A stretch of DNA of 64,000 bases, taken from Ignavibacteria bacterium RIFOXYC2_FULL_35_21 (lineage in GTDB: Bacteria > Bacteroidota > Ignavibacteria > Kapaibacteriales > UBA2268). The DNA lies in contig MHAY01000002.1 of the NCBI GenBank assembly GCA_001804705.1, positions 20,183 through 84,182 of the forward strand, read 5' to 3'. Numbering within the stretch: the stretch's first letter is position 1; every line of letters begins with the position of its first letter. The notes under the pieces were generated by a model. That model did not search any database. It was not told the DNA's origin and saw only the letters and a program-made list of their open reading frames with translations. Shown here in pieces: positions 26,135-36,253 of this stretch. The position numbers and the translations under genes were made by a program.

Positions 26135-27721
26135 GTGAAAAATATTCCAAATATTGAAAGTTTTAATTACAATCAACTAGCCGCTCAATGCATTATCGGC
26201 AGGCTCTCTTCCGATGATTATTTTAAAGATATCGGTTATCAGGAAAATGCAAAAAACCTTGTTAAATCCGGCATCGGAGGTTTCTGCGTATTCAAAGGGA
26301 CAGCCGCTGATACAAAAAAAATGCTCGATGAACTTCAATACCTTTCTGAAATTCCCCTCTTTTTCTGCGCTGATTTTGAGAATGGCTTACCTATGAGATT
26401 ACTGGATGGCACTGCTTTTCCCCATGCAATGGCTATGGGATATGCTGACGATTCAGAATTGACATTTCAATGTGCTAAAGCAATTGCAGAAGAAGCGAAA
26501 GCAATCGGAATCAATTGGAATCTCGCTCCTGTCTGTGATGTTAATTCAAATCCCCAAAATCCGATAATAAATATTCGTTCATTCGGAGAAAATTCAAGTA
26601 TAGTAGAAAAGCATAGCCTTGCTTATGTACAAGGAACACAATCGGTAAATGTTTTATCATGTGCAAAGCATTTTCCCGGTCATGGTGATACCGATATTGA
26701 TTCTCATTTATCATTACCTGTACTTAATAAAAGTAGGGAAGAACTTAATGCCCTTGAATTAAAGCCTTTTATGAATGCAATTAACAATGGAGCCCGTTCA
26801 ATTATGGTTGGACATCTTTCTGTCCCATCAATTGATGATTCAGGTCTTCCTGCATCATTATCAAAAAAAATTATAACTGATTTATTGAGGAAAGAACTTG
26901 GTTTTGATAGATTGATTCTCACTGATGCTTTGGACATGAACTCAATTACATCAAATTATTCAAATGCTCAAGCAATAGAATTACTTTTCAAAGCAGGTGC
27001 AGATATAGCATTGCTTCCTCCCGATTGTAATGAAGCAATTAACACACTTGAATCATTAATGAAAAATGATACTATAATACTTGAACAGGTAAAAAGAAGT
27101 GTTGAAAAAATCATTGGAGCTAAGAACTGGTGCAGTAGTGAAAAGCTAACAACGCAAGGTGATGTAGAGACAGGTCTGAGACCTGTCTCTACTAAATTAA
27201 ATCTTTCAGAATTAGCAGAAAAACATGGAAATCTCGCACTTAAAATCGCTATGAAATCTATCTCTGTCATTGGAAATAATTCTCTCCTTCCTATTCAGAA
27301 AAAATTATCCATCGGCGGATTTGCCTTCATACCCGATGATGATATTCAACCCGGAGCTTTATTCTTCAAAATGCTTGCCCAGGCTTTGGATAATGATTGC
27401 GATTTCGGTTTTATCAATGATGAAATTTCTGATGGAGACCTGAAATCTCTAAAAGAAGGAATAAAGAATGCAGATATAATGTTGCTTGCATTTTTCTATC
27501 GTGCTAAAGCTTATAAGGGAACTGTTAATATAACTGATAAAATTAAGAATATAGTATCAGAATTGTCAGAAGGAAAAAAAACAATAGCTGTTCTATTCGG
27601 TAACCCTTATTTGAAGGATGTAATCATGACAGACACATATCTCCTGGCTTATTCCGATTCATTACCGAGCATTGCGGCATCTATCGTAAAACTTAGTGGT
27701 ATGCAACTGAATGTTGATTAA
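26135..27721 (+). CDS. Glycoside hydrolase family 3 (NagZ-like beta-N-acetylhexosaminidase) with a C-terminal extension
   Basis: GTG start. KHFPGHGDTDIDSH and the LILTDALDM region typical of GH3. Confidence 0.8.
   Translation: MKNIPNIESFNYNQLAAQCIIGRLSSDDYFKDIGYQENAKNLVKSGIGGFCVFKGTAADTKKMLDELQYLSEIPLFFCADFENGLPMRLLDGTAFPHAMAMGYADDSELTFQCAKAIAEEAKAIGINWNLAPVCDVNSNPQNPIINIRSFGENSSIVEKHSLAYVQGTQSVNVLSCAKHFPGHGDTDIDSHLSLPVLNKSREELNALELKPFMNAINNGARSIMVGHLSVPSIDDSGLPASLSKKIITDLLRKELGFDRLILTDALDMNSITSNYSNAQAIELLFKAGADIALLPPDCNEAINTLESLMKNDTIILEQVKRSVEKIIGAKNWCSSEKLTTQGDVETGLRPVSTKLNLSELAEKHGNLALKIAMKSISVIGNNSLLPIQKKLSIGGFAFIPDDDIQPGALFFKMLAQALDNDCDFGFINDEISDGDLKSLKEGIKNADIMLLAFFYRAKAYKGTVNITDKIKNIVSELSEGKKTIAVLFGNPYLKDVIMTDTYLLAYSDSLPSIAASIVKLSGMQLNVD
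27164..27192. repeat. REP-like palindrome family J inside the GH3 CDS
   Basis: gtagagacaggtc-tga-gacctgtctctac: 13-bp perfect arms and a 3-nt loop. It is translated as VETGLRPVST. Confidence 0.85.
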
Positions 27722-27888
27722 TTATTAAAGAATAAATTTACTTTGTTAAGAGTACTGAGCTTAGGCTGGGGTCCGGAAGTGCTAAACCCCAATCCCCAAC
27801 CACTATTCCCCAATTAAACTTCTTGAGTAGTTTTGAATTGCCTCAATGTTTCCGTAATTTTAAATTTATTTAAATCCGATAATTAGAA

Positions 27889-28902
27889 ATGAATGAATCA
27901 ATTCTTGTAACAGGTGGGGCAGGCTTCATAGGAAGTTGTTTTATAAGACATATTCTATCTAACGAAGATGTGAATATTGTCAATTTGGATGCTTTGACCT
28001 ATGCTGGTAACCTTGAAAATCTGAAATCAATTGAAAAAAATCCAAACTATACATTTGTTCATGGTTCAATTCAAAATGCCGAGCTGGTCAAGTCAGTTTG
28101 TGAAAAACATAATGTAACATCAATAATTAACTTTGCGGCTGAATCCCATGTTGACCGTTCAATTATGAATGCTCATCCTTTCATTGACACAAATGTTTTG
28201 GGAACATTAATATTATTGGAAGTTGTCAATGAATTGAAATTAAAATTGATGCTTCATGTTTCGACCGATGAGGTTTATGGCTCTCTCGGAGAGACAGGTA
28301 AATTCACTGAATCAACTCCGCTCTCCCCCAATTCGCCATATTCTGCATCAAAAGCCGCCGCAGACCAGTTGGTATTAGCTTTTGTTCATACCTACAATAC
28401 ACCGGCAGTTATTACACGATGCTCAAATAATTATGGTCCTTATCAATTCCCGGAAAAGTTGATTCCACTAATGATTTTGAACGCTCTTGAAGATAGGCCT
28501 TTGCCAGTATATGGCGATGGTATGAATGTCAGAGACTGGATTCATGTTCAGGACCATTGCGAGGCAATTTGGACTGTATATAAAACCGGGGAGCAGGGGC
28601 AGGTATATAATATAGGAGGAAACTGTGAATTGACAAATATCGAAATTGTTAAATCAATACTTAAACAACTCAATAAATCCGAATCACTCATAAAATTCAT
28701 AAAAGACCGCCCCGGCCATGACTTACGCTATGCTATGGATATTGAAAAAATCAAGATAAAACTCGGCTGGTCGCCAAAAATTAATTTTGAACAAGGTATC
28801 AAAGATACAATTCAATGGTATATTAATAATCCGCAATGGTGCAATAACGTCAGGACAGGTGCGTATAGGGACTATTATAAAAAACAATATGGTGAAATGT
28901 GA
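27889..28902 (+). CDS. rfbB: dTDP-glucose 4,6-dehydratase
   Basis: ILVTGGAGFIGS, STDEVYG and YSASKAA (the SDR YxxxK motif). Length and C-terminus are typical of RmlB. Confidence 0.88.
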   Translation: MNESILVTGGAGFIGSCFIRHILSNEDVNIVNLDALTYAGNLENLKSIEKNPNYTFVHGSIQNAELVKSVCEKHNVTSIINFAAESHVDRSIMNAHPFIDTNVLGTLILLEVVNELKLKLMLHVSTDEVYGSLGETGKFTESTPLSPNSPYSASKAAADQLVLAFVHTYNTPAVITRCSNNYGPYQFPEKLIPLMILNALEDRPLPVYGDGMNVRDWIHVQDHCEAIWTVYKTGEQGQVYNIGGNCELTNIEIVKSILKQLNKSESLIKFIKDRPGHDLRYAMDIEKIKIKLGWSPKINFEQGIKDTIQWYINNPQWCNNVRTGAYRDYYKKQYGEM

Positions 28903-28997
28903 ATTAGTGTTAAGTTTTAATTTGAAAATTGCAAAATTTTGAATTGTAGGGGTTGAAAATTTTCAACCCTTGTAATATTTTAAATTAAAAATTTATT

Positions 28998-29025
28998 GAA
29001 AATTGAAAATTGAAAATTGAAAATT
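28998..29025 (+). repeat. (gaaaatt)4 microsatellite just upstream of the dehydrogenase gene
   Basis: gaaaattgaaaattgaaaattgaaaatt, about 20 nt before the start codon. Confidence 0.9.
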
Positions 29026-29044
29026 ATATTGATATCTGGGATAT

Positions 29045-30385
29045 TTGATGAAAACAGAAAAAAATGAAAATAATTTATTAAAAAAAATCAAAGAGAAACA
29101 AATAACGATTGGAGTTATTGGTATTGGTTATGTGGGTTTGCCTTTAGCACTCGAATATGCGAAAAAGGGCATCAGAACTATCGGTTTTGATGTTGATAAA
29201 ACAAAAATCAAACAGCTTAATAATGGAAAGAATTATAATCAGGACCTGGATTCAAAGGAAGTAAAAAAATGTGTATCAGAAAAATTTCTTTCAGCTACTG
29301 ATGACTTTTCTCGATTAGAAGAATGTAATGTTGTTTTCATTTGTGTTCCGACTCCATTTACTCCAAACAAAGAACCCGATATTTCCTATATTATTGATTC
29401 ATCAAACACAATTGCAAAATATCTTAAGAAAGAGCAGCTCATAATTTTAAAAAGCACAACATTTCCCGGTACAACTGAGAAATATCTTAAACCAATTCTT
29501 GAGAAATCAGGATTAAAAGTCGGAAAAGATTTTTATCTCGCTTTCTCCCCCGAAAGGATTGACCCGGGAAATAAAAAATGGAACACATCTAACACTCCCG
29601 TTGTCGTCGGAGGAATAACAAAAAAATGCACTGAATTAGCTTGTGCTGTAATATCTCTTGCTATTGACAAAGTAGTTCCTGTCAGTTCTCCTTCAATTGC
29701 AGAGATGGAAAAACTGCTTGAAAACATTTTCAGGAGTGTCAATATAGCTCTTGTTAATGAGCTTGCCCAGTTGGGTGACAGAATTGGTGTTAACATCTGG
29801 GAAGTGATTGATGCCGCTTCAACAAAGCCGTTTGGCTTTATTCCATTCTATCCCGGTCCCGGAATCGGAGGGCATTGCATTTTAATTGACCCATACTACC
29901 TTGCCTGGATGGCTCGTGAATACGATTTCGTTACAAATTTCATCACATTAGCCGCCGAGATTAATGAGTATATGCCTTTCTATGTCCGCAATATGATTAT
30001 TAGTGAAATTGCCAAACAGGATACAACTATTAAAAAGGCAAAAATTTTGATACTTGGTGTTGCTTTCAAAAAAGATGTTGATGACCTCAGACATTCACCG
30101 GCTCTCAAGGTTGCAGAGTTACTTCAAGATGAGAATATTGGAAAAATCTCATATTATGACCCTTATATTCCTGAAATTAAAGTCAACTCAAAAATATATA
30201 AATCTGAAAAACAGCTTAATCAGGAATTGTTGAAAAAGTTTGATGTAGTAGTCATCACAACAGACCATTCGGTATTTGATTTTGGTTTGATTGCAAAAAA
30301 CAGCAAAGTTGTCATAGACACAAGAAATGCCTGCAAAAATGTGAAAAATAGAAATAACATTATTCTTCTTGGAGACGGAAAATAG
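29045..30385 (+). CDS. Nucleotide-sugar dehydrogenase (UDP-N-acetyl-D-mannosamine/glucosamine dehydrogenase-like)
   Basis: Rossmann motif GVIGIGYVGLPLA and catalytic Cys region GIGGHCI. It sits next to wecB. Confidence 0.8.
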   Translation: MMKTEKNENNLLKKIKEKQITIGVIGIGYVGLPLALEYAKKGIRTIGFDVDKTKIKQLNNGKNYNQDLDSKEVKKCVSEKFLSATDDFSRLEECNVVFICVPTPFTPNKEPDISYIIDSSNTIAKYLKKEQLIILKSTTFPGTTEKYLKPILEKSGLKVGKDFYLAFSPERIDPGNKKWNTSNTPVVVGGITKKCTELACAVISLAIDKVVPVSSPSIAEMEKLLENIFRSVNIALVNELAQLGDRIGVNIWEVIDAASTKPFGFIPFYPGPGIGGHCILIDPYYLAWMAREYDFVTNFITLAAEINEYMPFYVRNMIISEIAKQDTTIKKAKILILGVAFKKDVDDLRHSPALKVAELLQDENIGKISYYDPYIPEIKVNSKIYKSEKQLNQELLKKFDVVVITTDHSVFDFGLIAKNSKVVIDTRNACKNVKNRNNIILLGDGK

Positions 30386-30397
30386 AAAAGGTAAAAT

Positions 30398-31504
30398 TTG
30401 ACTAAAAAGAAAATAATATCTGTCGTTGGAGCAAGGCCCAATTTTATGAAGGTGGCTCCTTTGCACAGAGCATTCCAAAAATATAATGATTCAATCGAGC
30501 ATCTCATTGTCCATACCGGACAGCATTATGACTTCTCGATGTCCGATGCTTTTTTCAAAGACCTCGAAATGCCTCAGCCATCCTATTTCCTTGGTGTAGG
30601 TTCAGGAACTCATGCCGAGCAAACTGCTAAGATAATGGTTGAATTTGAGAAAGTATGTAAAGAATTAAAGCCTGATTTGGTGATTGTTGTCGGTGATGTC
30701 AACTCAACTATTGCATGTTCAATTACTGCCGTCAAGATTGGAATTAAAGTCGCTCACATCGAAGCTGGACTTAGAAGCTTTGACCGCACAATGCCCGAAG
30801 AAATCAACCGCATAGTAACTGATTCTATTTGTAATTACTGTTTCGTTACCGAACAAAGCGGGGTTGATAATTTAATCAAAGAAGGTTTCAACAAAAACAG
30901 AATTTTCTTTGTCGGTAACACAATGATTGATTCTTTAATTTATGATTTGGACAAAGCAGTAAATTCAGATATTAGAAATAAATTAGATTTAATACCTAAG
31001 GAGTATGTCTTAGTTACTTTACATAGGCCTACAAATGTTGATGAGCCTGAAAGACTCGATGAGTTTCTAAGAATATTCAAACATTTATCCCAATTCAGAA
31101 AAATTATTTTTCCCGTTCATCCACGCACACGAAAGAATTTAAAATATTTCAGTCTTGAAAAAAAAGTCGAAGAAATATCAGAGTTGGTATTGCTCGAACC
31201 ACTCGGTTACATTGACTTTCTTTCCCTGATGCTTGATGCCGATTTTATTTTGACAGATTCAGGTGGCATTCAAGAGGAATCTACGTATTTGAAGATTCCT
31301 TGTCTTACTCTTAGGACAACAACCGAAAGGCCTGTAACAATCGAGTTAGGTACGAATATACTTGTTCAACCCGATGAAAATATTATTTTAAATGCTATCA
31401 ATTATATAATTGATAAACCGCGAAAAGTTGGCACTGTGCCTGAATTATGGGATGGTAAAGCTGCCGGGAGAATTGCTGAAATAATTGCTGATATTTTAAG
31501 TTAA
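30398..31504 (+). CDS. wecB: UDP-N-acetylglucosamine 2-epimerase (non-hydrolysing)
   Basis: VGARPNFMKVAPL, VHTGQHYD, HIEAGLRS, DSGGIQEE. Confidence 0.88.
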   Translation: MTKKKIISVVGARPNFMKVAPLHRAFQKYNDSIEHLIVHTGQHYDFSMSDAFFKDLEMPQPSYFLGVGSGTHAEQTAKIMVEFEKVCKELKPDLVIVVGDVNSTIACSITAVKIGIKVAHIEAGLRSFDRTMPEEINRIVTDSICNYCFVTEQSGVDNLIKEGFNKNRIFFVGNTMIDSLIYDLDKAVNSDIRNKLDLIPKEYVLVTLHRPTNVDEPERLDEFLRIFKHLSQFRKIIFPVHPRTRKNLKYFSLEKKVEEISELVLLEPLGYIDFLSLMLDADFILTDSGGIQEESTYLKIPCLTLRTTTERPVTIELGTNILVQPDENIILNAINYIIDKPRKVGTVPELWDGKAAGRIAEIIADILS

Positions 31505-31598
31505 TGTCCCAGGGATAACTCCTGACACGGATTAAAAATAAATATCCGTTACAATTGTCTTTTAATGATATTTTGTTGCAAATAATTATAAATATAGT

Positions 31599-33341
31599 AT
31601 GATAAAAAAACATAATTGCATTTTACATTTAATTTTAATTCTAACTTTATTTTCTCTGTCATCTAATTCATATTCTCAATTAAAAGGCTTATCCCAATTT
31701 GATATGGAATCCTTGATGAAAGAGGATTTACTTATGAACCAGGATGCTGATAAACTTCAAAAATTAGAAAGTATGCCGACAGGTAACAAAATTAATCCCG
31801 ATTTTTATTACGTTGGCCCGGGTGATATTTTAGCTTATCAAATTCTTTCAGCTTCAGCAAATTCTCAATATGTTATTGTTTCACCGGAGAATTCGATTCT
31901 GTTACCAAGATTTGGTGAGATTTCCTTAAAAGATAGGACTTTAACCGGAACTAAGAAATTAATTCTCGATATGATTTCGGAAAGAAATCCGAATACTGTT
32001 TCTTCTGTTGTTCTTTTTAAACCAAGAACTGTAATAGCTACCATTAGCGGTAACGTCATATCGGAAGGGACCATGACATTGCCTGCATCTTATAATATTT
32101 CAACAGTTTATAAATTGTCAAATAAGATTTCAAGCACCACTCGTTCATCCCTTACCGAATCATTTGCATATTTAATATTTACCGATAAAAAACATGAGTT
32201 GGCTAAGCTTAATGCAGGTACAGGTTCTCCTAATTATTATCAATATTGTTCAAGGAACATATTTGTAAAACATGATGATGGTACTTCTCAAAATGCAGAT
32301 ATCCTAAAAGCTTATACCATTAATGACCCATCATACGATCAATACATAAGAGAAGGTGATGAAATAATTGTTCCGTTTGAACCCGATGAATATCCGCGGA
32401 TTTCAATTTCAGGTGCTGTCCTAAACCCTTCAACCCTACCTTACAAAAAAGGAGATAAAGCATCTTTCCTATTAAAAATAGCAGGAGGGTTTAATGAGGA
32501 TGCAGATTTGGATAATATATTTATTTATGTACCAGGCAGCATGGAAAAAGAAAAACTTATTGTTGATTATTCAATGAATTTACAAAGTCCAGATATTGAT
32601 TTAACTCCGGGGAGTATGATACTCGTAGGTTCAAAACAGTCTGAGCAATCATCTGATGTTGGAATGGTTGCTATTTCAGGCAATGTAAAGAATCCGGGAG
32701 TATATCCGATTGCAAATGATAAAACAAAATTAAAAGATGCAATTGAACTCGCAGGTGGTTTCAATGAAAAGGCTTATTTGCCCTTAGCTAAAATTTATCG
32801 AAGAAGTAATTTATCATATTCAACAAATACTAGAAGAGATTTTGAAAAAAAGTTTCAATATAGCGATTTAACCCTTCAGGATACAACCCGTTTTAATATT
32901 GACCAAAACCAGAAATTGCCGATTGTTTCATGCGATTTGAATGCTCTTTATAATGGAAACTCATCTATTGATAATATTGTGTTAAAAGATGGTGACTTAA
33001 TTGTCATACCTTCTAATCCGGGCAGTGTTTTTATTTATGGCCAAATAAATAAACCGGGCTATATAATGTTTGAAAACGAAAAAAATATGGAATGGTATAT
33101 TCAGCGTGCAGGGGGTATAGCCGAAGGTGGTAAATCGGATAGGGCAAGGATAATCAGAGGAAAAAATCATACATGGGTCGAAGGTGATGATGATGTCATG
33201 GTCTATGCCGGTGACGAAATCTACATTCCGAGAGCTGAAGACACACCTCCGGGTATTGAAATGCAGACTTGGGCTATGGTCGTCAGTGCTTTAGGTGCTA
33301 CAGCCGCCGTTATTAATGCACTTATTTGGATTATTCGTTAA
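31599..33341 (+). CDS. Polysaccharide export protein (Wza-like: Poly_export + SLBB repeats)
   Basis: Signal peptide. YYVGPGDILAYQI (Poly_export), repeated soluble-ligand-binding beta-grasp-like segments (GDLIVIP, GDEIYIP), and a C-terminal TM helix. Confidence 0.7.
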   Translation: MIKKHNCILHLILILTLFSLSSNSYSQLKGLSQFDMESLMKEDLLMNQDADKLQKLESMPTGNKINPDFYYVGPGDILAYQILSASANSQYVIVSPENSILLPRFGEISLKDRTLTGTKKLILDMISERNPNTVSSVVLFKPRTVIATISGNVISEGTMTLPASYNISTVYKLSNKISSTTRSSLTESFAYLIFTDKKHELAKLNAGTGSPNYYQYCSRNIFVKHDDGTSQNADILKAYTINDPSYDQYIREGDEIIVPFEPDEYPRISISGAVLNPSTLPYKKGDKASFLLKIAGGFNEDADLDNIFIYVPGSMEKEKLIVDYSMNLQSPDIDLTPGSMILVGSKQSEQSSDVGMVAISGNVKNPGVYPIANDKTKLKDAIELAGGFNEKAYLPLAKIYRRSNLSYSTNTRRDFEKKFQYSDLTLQDTTRFNIDQNQKLPIVSCDLNALYNGNSSIDNIVLKDGDLIVIPSNPGSVFIYGQINKPGYIMFENEKNMEWYIQRAGGIAEGGKSDRARIIRGKNHTWVEGDDDVMVYAGDEIYIPRAEDTPPGIEMQTWAMVVSALGATAAVINALIWIIR

Positions 33342-33429
33342 CAATAAAGTTAGGTCTTGGGTGTTGGGTGTTTGATTGAAAATTGCAAAAAAAAATTGAC
33401 CGAAAATTGAAAATTGAAAATTTTAATAT

Positions 33430-35067
33430 ATGTTACGTATTTCATTAATATTACTCTTGTTTGTTTTATTAACAAGCCCTGTTATTTCACAGATTGAACA
33501 CGTTCCTGTTACCCATCCTGTTTATTCTTTTCTTTTGCATATGGAAACCAAGGGTTACCTTGAAAATTTTTCCTTATCTTCATTACCCTTGCAAAGACAG
33601 GAAATAGTAGCTGCTTTGCAAAAGATTGCAAACAATAAAACTAAACTGAATAATTCCGATTTAAAAACTTTACAACTTTACGAAACAGAATTTGAAATTG
33701 TTAAACGAGCAAACGCTGTTCTATTCTATAGTTCATCGGATTCAAACCAGGTTATTTCAGATAAGCTTTTTAGCAATGACGAAAAGTTTTTCTATCATTA
33801 TAAAGATTCATCATATATTGTAAATGTTTCACCTCTTGGTTCCATAGAATCAATCATTGGATTTGATAATACAGAAACAAGAAACGTTATTTATGGTAAT
33901 CTGGGAGTCAGATTTTTTGGTTCTTTGAGTAATACACTTGGTTATTACTTACAAGCCACAAACGGAGCAATTATTTCGGGCAACAGAGAACTTGCTTTGC
34001 AAGAAGTCCATAAACTTCAGCAAAATGTAAAATTTACCGATTTGAACAGCGACTTTGATTTTGCAGAATCCCATGTCAGATTTCAAACAGACTGGTTCTA
34101 TGCTATTTTGGGAAGAGAAACACGCTTGCAGGGTGCTGGTATTAATCATTCACTATATCTTTCAGACAATGCCCCTCCGTTTGATGCTGTCAGCATTGGA
34201 GCGAAATTTTCAAATTTTGAATATAGATTTACCCATGGGAGTTTATTGTCTATCCCTGTAGAAAGCCCAAATGTTGGCATCTCAGCCAATCTCCCTTCAA
34301 AATATGTTGCGATTCACCGTTTTGCAGTTAAGCCAAGCTGGGGAGAAATCGGATTTTGGGAGAATGTGATTTATTCAAGGCGGGGAATTGATTTATCATA
34401 CTTGAATCCATTAAGCTTTTTCAAATCTTTAGAACATGCCCTCCGTGACAGGGATAATTCAATTATGGGATTAGACGCCACAATCAGGCCCTTCAATGGC
34501 ATTCAAATTAAAGGAAGCTATTTGCTTGATGATGTACGGTTCGAAAAGATTGGGACAGGTTATTGGAGCAATAAATCTGCATGGAATATCGGTTTTATTG
34601 CATCTCTTTTACCATCAGCAGACATTGGAATTGAATATGCCAGAATCGAACCTTATACATTTACACATTTTGACACACTGAACGTAATGGCAAACGATAG
34701 AATGTTATATGGTTCGTATTTATTACCAAATTCTGATGAATTATCATTAAATTTTTACTATTGGTGGGGTGACAGGTATCCAATAAAGCTTAAACTTTCA
34801 TTCCAAAGGCACGGAGAAAATTATTATGATTCTACCGGCAAGTTAATAAATGTTGGTGGTAATCCATTTCAGACAAGAAGGTTTGATGAAGACCCCGAAA
34901 CTGTTTATTTCCTCGATGGCAAGCGACTAAACACTATTGATGCTACACTTGAAGCAGGTTATGAATTATTCAGGGGCTTAAACATACATTTGCTATACCA
35001 TTTTAAAGCTGTTGATAGAATTACAACAAATGCCGTAAGATTTATTTTAAGATATGAAGATTTTTAA
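33430..35067 (+). CDS. Outer-membrane beta-barrel protein, capsule-assembly Wzi-like
   Basis: Signal peptide and an N-terminal helical motif HPVYSFLLHMETKGYL...LPLQRQEIVAAL. The long beta-rich remainder ends in ...ILRYEDF. Confidence 0.55.
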   Translation: MLRISLILLLFVLLTSPVISQIEHVPVTHPVYSFLLHMETKGYLENFSLSSLPLQRQEIVAALQKIANNKTKLNNSDLKTLQLYETEFEIVKRANAVLFYSSSDSNQVISDKLFSNDEKFFYHYKDSSYIVNVSPLGSIESIIGFDNTETRNVIYGNLGVRFFGSLSNTLGYYLQATNGAIISGNRELALQEVHKLQQNVKFTDLNSDFDFAESHVRFQTDWFYAILGRETRLQGAGINHSLYLSDNAPPFDAVSIGAKFSNFEYRFTHGSLLSIPVESPNVGISANLPSKYVAIHRFAVKPSWGEIGFWENVIYSRRGIDLSYLNPLSFFKSLEHALRDRDNSIMGLDATIRPFNGIQIKGSYLLDDVRFEKIGTGYWSNKSAWNIGFIASLLPSADIGIEYARIEPYTFTHFDTLNVMANDRMLYGSYLLPNSDELSLNFYYWWGDRYPIKLKLSFQRHGENYYDSTGKLINVGGNPFQTRRFDEDPETVYFLDGKRLNTIDATLEAGYELFRGLNIHLLYHFKAVDRITTNAVRFILRYEDF

Positions 35068-35070
35068 CTT

Positions 35071-36246
35071 ATGAGTATTCCTGAATTTTTAATATTATTA
35101 TTTCTTTTTTTACTAATATATCCGATAATTTTTTATCCTTTAATTCTATGGTTATTATCAAAATTATTCAATAAACCAGTACAACAAAAACAAAATTATG
35201 AACCTGATGTAACTTTCATTTTATCAGTGTATAATGAAGAAGAACTGATAAGAGATGCCATCGAATCAGTATTTAAAAGCGGTTATCCGATAGATAAGCT
35301 TAATTTAATTGTTGGTTCTGATGGTTCGAATGATAAAACCTGTAATATCATCCATGAACTAATGCTCAAATATAAAAATCTGGTTTTATATGAATTTCCA
35401 CGTTCTGGTAAAAATTATGTATTAAATCAAATCGTTCCTAAAGCTAAAAGTGAGATTATTTTATACATAGATGCAGATTCGAGAATAATTCCAAATAGTT
35501 TAGAAACATACCTATCAAATTACTTTGATGATAATGTAGGTTCTGTTCTGGCTTCCATTGTTATTTATAGCGACGATAGTAATACCGGTTCCATTGGTGA
35601 ATCCTTATACCATAAACTTGAATCTTACATTAGAATATGGGAAAGCTCAATTAAAACAAATACTAATACTTTGAGTGCATTATATGGAGTAAAAAAAGAA
35701 TTATATACACCAATACCAAATGATTTAGTTTGTGACGACCTTTATAATATCATTTCAGTATCATTGCAAAATAAACGTGTCATTTATGATGAAGATACTA
35801 AAGTAATTGAAGTCAGAAGAAAAACTTTAAAGGGAGAATTAAGAAGAAGAGTAAGGTTTGTTGCAGGTGGTCTTAACACATTATGGAATCTTAAGAAAGA
35901 AATTATAAAAGATTTTGGTTGGACTTCATTTTTTATTATATCACATAAACTTATAAGATATTTCTCACCTATCTTTTTAATTGGAATATTTATTTTAACA
36001 TTAATATTAACTCCAAATTCAAAATTATTTCCTTATTTTGCATATGGTCAATTATTATTGTATTTATCCACTTTAATTGGCTGGGTTTTTGAGAAAATGA
36101 AAATAAACATTATACTCTTTAAATTGCCTTTATTTTTTATTTCAATTAATATTGGCTTTTTATTAGGCTTAATAAAATTTCTATTAGCTACACCAAATGC
36201 AGCTTGGGATAAGGTTGTTAATAATTCAGCTAAAATATTTAAATGA
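35071..36246 (+). CDS. Membrane-anchored family 2 glycosyltransferase (possibly processive)
   Basis: N-terminal TM helix, GT2 core (FILSVYNEE...VGSDGSND...IDADS) and several C-terminal TM helices. Confidence 0.75.
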   Translation: MSIPEFLILLFLFLLIYPIIFYPLILWLLSKLFNKPVQQKQNYEPDVTFILSVYNEEELIRDAIESVFKSGYPIDKLNLIVGSDGSNDKTCNIIHELMLKYKNLVLYEFPRSGKNYVLNQIVPKAKSEIILYIDADSRIIPNSLETYLSNYFDDNVGSVLASIVIYSDDSNTGSIGESLYHKLESYIRIWESSIKTNTNTLSALYGVKKELYTPIPNDLVCDDLYNIISVSLQNKRVIYDEDTKVIEVRRKTLKGELRRRVRFVAGGLNTLWNLKKEIIKDFGWTSFFIISHKLIRYFSPIFLIGIFILTLILTPNSKLFPYFAYGQLLLYLSTLIGWVFEKMKINIILFKLPLFFISINIGFLLGLIKFLLATPNAAWDKVVNNSAKIFK

Positions 36247-36253
36247 GCTTATT

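Noticed and set aside
36197-36253. A 50-nt overlap of the priming-transferase ORF with the preceding GT2 gene.
   Set aside because: The in-frame ATG at 36254 (MSESIL...) gives a conventional 7-nt spacing. The upstream codons add nothing recognisable.
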